From a virus: 32,903 nucleotides of DNA. Shown one piece after another: positions 31,135 through 32,903 of this stretch. The DNA lies in IMG/VR virus record IMGVR_UViG_3300019487_000071. The stretch is one strand, 5' to 3'. The notes beneath the pieces were generated by a model. It made no database searches, had not been told where the DNA came from, and worked only from the letters and a program-made list of their open reading frames with translations. The position numbers and the translations under genes were made by a program. Each line of letters opens with the position of its first letter. The stretch's first letter is position 1.

Positions 31135-31401
31135 TCAGGACTGAGTGTCGTCGCCCGTAAGTGCCATCTCAGCCACTCGCTCTTGAATGTTCTTATCGTG
31201 GTTACGAACCGCCTCTGTCAGAGCATCCGACATCCGGGTCACTCGTTCCCAAACCTTGGTTGAAAGCTTGTCCCACTGGTTTACATTAGTCTGAGCTTCC
31301 GTGACGATAAGGGTCTTCAGAAGTTCGTGCTGCCTGTCCAGCTCCTTGTCCATAAGGTCATATAGGTTAATTACTTTAACGCGTGCAGGTTTGTCGCTCA
31401 T
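31135..31401 (-). CDS. Hypothetical protein (C-terminal AEMALTG motif)
   Basis: 88-aa ORF coupled to the upstream gene. Confidence 0.65.
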   Translation of the reverse strand: MSDKPARVKVINLYDLMDKELDRQHELLKTLIVTEAQTNVNQWDKLSTKVWERVTRMSDALTEAVRNHDKNIQERVAEMALTGDDTQS

Positions 31402-31859
31402 AGCTTCTTCTTCATCCCTCTTGGAACCCGAGTTGCCGGCTTCTGGAACAGAGGAAGGTCTTCGCCTTCTGTGAGTCCCAAACCAACTTCGGTGAAGTTA
31501 GTGATCATGTCAGCTACGTCGCTCATCAGCGGCTTCTTCGGAAAGCTGATAGAGACGGAGACGTCCAACGGCTTACTCCTGTCGGCATTGTATCCACGCA
31601 GCGTCTGCCAGCCGGACCAAACCTCCAACCTATACGGGATGTCCGTACCAGGATAGAAGTAGTCGAGCCTGCGCTTGAACTGCTGGGCTACACAATGCTT
31701 TAAGCCTTCTTCGGTAAGCGTGGTGGCTGTGGAGTAGAAGTATCCCAAGATATCTTGGGTTGGCTTCTTGGTTATGCTTTGGATGAGAAACATCAGGTTA
31801 TTATCAACCTGAAATGAACCCATCTTAATTCTGATAGGCTTCTGTTCTTCATCACTCAT
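31398..31859 (-). CDS. Hypothetical protein, paralog family B
   Basis: Similar to 27917-28564; likely start MSDEEQ at 31859. Confidence 0.7.
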   Translation of the reverse strand: MSDEEQKPIRIKMGSFQVDNNLMFLIQSITKKPTQDILGYFYSTATTLTEEGLKHCVAQQFKRRLDYFYPGTDIPYRLEVWSGWQTLRGYNADRSKPLDVSVSISFPKKPLMSDVADMITNFTEVGLGLTEGEDLPLFQKPATRVPRGMKKKL

Positions 31860-32178
31860 TCGTGTCAGCCTCGGGATCAAGTGGGTGAAGGTACGCTTCA
31901 GGATCGGGAGAGCCGTAAACTCCAGGCTCAGCATTATAGGGTAAACTTACCCTATTATAGTAGTTGTCGTCTTCACGAACTCTAACAAAGATGCTGTATC
32001 CTTCTCCGTCGTTGGTGAAGGTGTTCATGCTAGATTCCGTGGTTTCGAGTGCTCTCCCGATAGCGTCGCGCAGTGCAACCAGCGCAGTACGGTCACCTAC
32101 GATCACCGCGTCATCATGAGGATGACTCTGCGAGTAGATATGAAGCTTGCCGTGATACTCTTCTTTCTTAGCCGTCAT
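31852..32178 (-). CDS. Hypothetical protein
   Basis: LHIYSQ..PHDDAVIVG...L..LRDAI; GGAG RBS 7 nt before the ATG at 32178. Confidence 0.7.
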   Translation of the reverse strand: MTAKKEEYHGKLHIYSQSHPHDDAVIVGDRTALVALRDAIGRALETTESSMNTFTNDGEGYSIFVRVREDDNYYNRVSLPYNAEPGVYGSPDPEAYLHPLDPEADTNE

Positions 32179-32560
32179 GTTCATCTCCTGCGTCGCCTAC
32201 GATTCTCCTGCCTTCCAAGTTCATGTATGTTCGTTTCTCCATCCATGCTTGGGAAGGTAGGTCGTCAACGTACCATTTAGGTTTACACCTTACTTCATCA
32301 ACGTATTTCTCAAGTCCGAGCTTCTTGACAACTTCTTCAGCCCAGCGATATCCGCCTTGAGACCACACAACAACGTATTGTCCGCGTACCTTGAATTGCT
32401 TCAGCAATTCGATATGCTTGTAGTGCGGGAGTAGGTTCTCTGACACGCCGAAGTTATCGAACACGATGGTCTTGCCATCGTATTCAGCGGGCCAACTCCA
32501 CATCACCAACGTCTCATCGACGTCGAAACAAACTATATTGTCGTTCTCAATAACTTTCAT
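32168..32560 (-). CDS. HAD-superfamily hydrolase
   Basis: CFDVDETLV (motif I), VVWS (motif II) and KP..YVDD (motifs III/IV). Confidence 0.85.
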   Translation of the reverse strand: MKVIENDNIVCFDVDETLVMWSWPAEYDGKTIVFDNFGVSENLLPHYKHIELLKQFKVRGQYVVVWSQGGYRWAEEVVKKLGLEKYVDEVRCKPKWYVDDLPSQAWMEKRTYMNLEGRRIVGDAGDEHDG

Positions 32561-32739
32561 GACCGTCTTTCTGGCTTAAAGTTCCAGAGCACCACTAATC
32601 CAATCGGCCAGAGAAGCAACCCGAACAACACGCCTCTTAGGCAAGAGACAAACGAAGCGCCTTTGAAGGTATCGCGGTTGATCGCGCTAGCAGCTAGGTA
32701 AACCCCTAGCCCGATTAGGAGGTATGGAACAGCAAACAT
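32557..32739 (-). CDS. Small two-TM membrane protein
   Basis: Two hydrophobic helices, including LLLWPIG. Confidence 0.6.
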   Translation of the reverse strand: MFAVPYLLIGLGVYLAASAINRDTFKGASFVSCLRGVLFGLLLWPIGLVVLWNFKPERRS

Positions 32740-32903
32740 TAGTTACCCCTCAGCTTAATAGGTTCAGACTTCTTGGTGCGGAAAGCGTCGTCTGTTGCCT
32801 GTGAGGTGACGATATCGTACTCGTCGAGATTGATCTTAGGATAGCCAAGCACCATTGCGAACAAGGTTCCAGGGAACTGCTTTCCTCCGAACACTAGGAA
32901 CCC
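32739..32903 (-). CDS. Partial CDS (3' end), possibly LemA-like
   Basis: Frame open to the window edge: ...KQFPGTLFAMVLGYPKINLDEYDIVTS...; its stop overlaps the next ATG. Confidence 0.45.
   Translation of the reverse strand, partial: GFLVFGGKQFPGTLFAMVLGYPKINLDEYDIVTSQATDDAFRTKKSEPIKLRGN

Noticed and set aside
1-32903. CRISPR array, integrase/transposase, reverse transcriptase or theta ribozyme
   Set aside because: No regularly spaced repeats, no such protein motifs, and no HDV-like fold seen directly after tRNA 3' ends by eye.

Overview
A 33-kb segment of a large (jumbo-type) bacteriophage genome read in the standard genetic code. Positions 1-2854 are + strand late/virion genes: a partial His-repeat tail fibre, a holin-like gene, a head-fibre-like gene and an Endo VII-type nuclease. 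Almost everything else is on the - strand. There are nucleotide-metabolism genes (UDG-like, dCMP deaminase, a ThyX-fold protein lacking its catalytic motif, a thymidylate-synthase-family enzyme with the dCMP-specific Asp, and a GMP reductase). There is also a ~12-kb RNA/translation island with 32 CCA-encoding tRNA genes covering all 20 amino acids (if the CAT tRNA is Met), an RNase P RNA, peptide deformylase, Pth2, an ArfB-like GGQ factor, a small alarmone hydrolase, a small c-type cytochrome and about 9 free-standing HNH-type nuclease genes. The most unusual features are: (i) several ORFs, mostly HNH genes, whose stop codons lie inside the downstream tRNA, so RNase P processing would create non-stop mRNAs next to phage-encoded ribosome-rescue factors; (ii) non-canonical CCA-ended RNAs, namely a microhelix, a minihelix, a Pyl-like tRNA with a 12-nt anticodon loop, a 219-nt pseudoknotted tRNA-like RNA and an orphan tRNA 3' half; (iii) unannotated structured ncRNAs; (iv) a recurring -10 + 6 nt + ATG leaderless architecture; and (v) a C-terminal PhiExxPhiL motif shared by about 9 unrelated proteins. 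All calls were made by eye; no database searches or folding programs were run.
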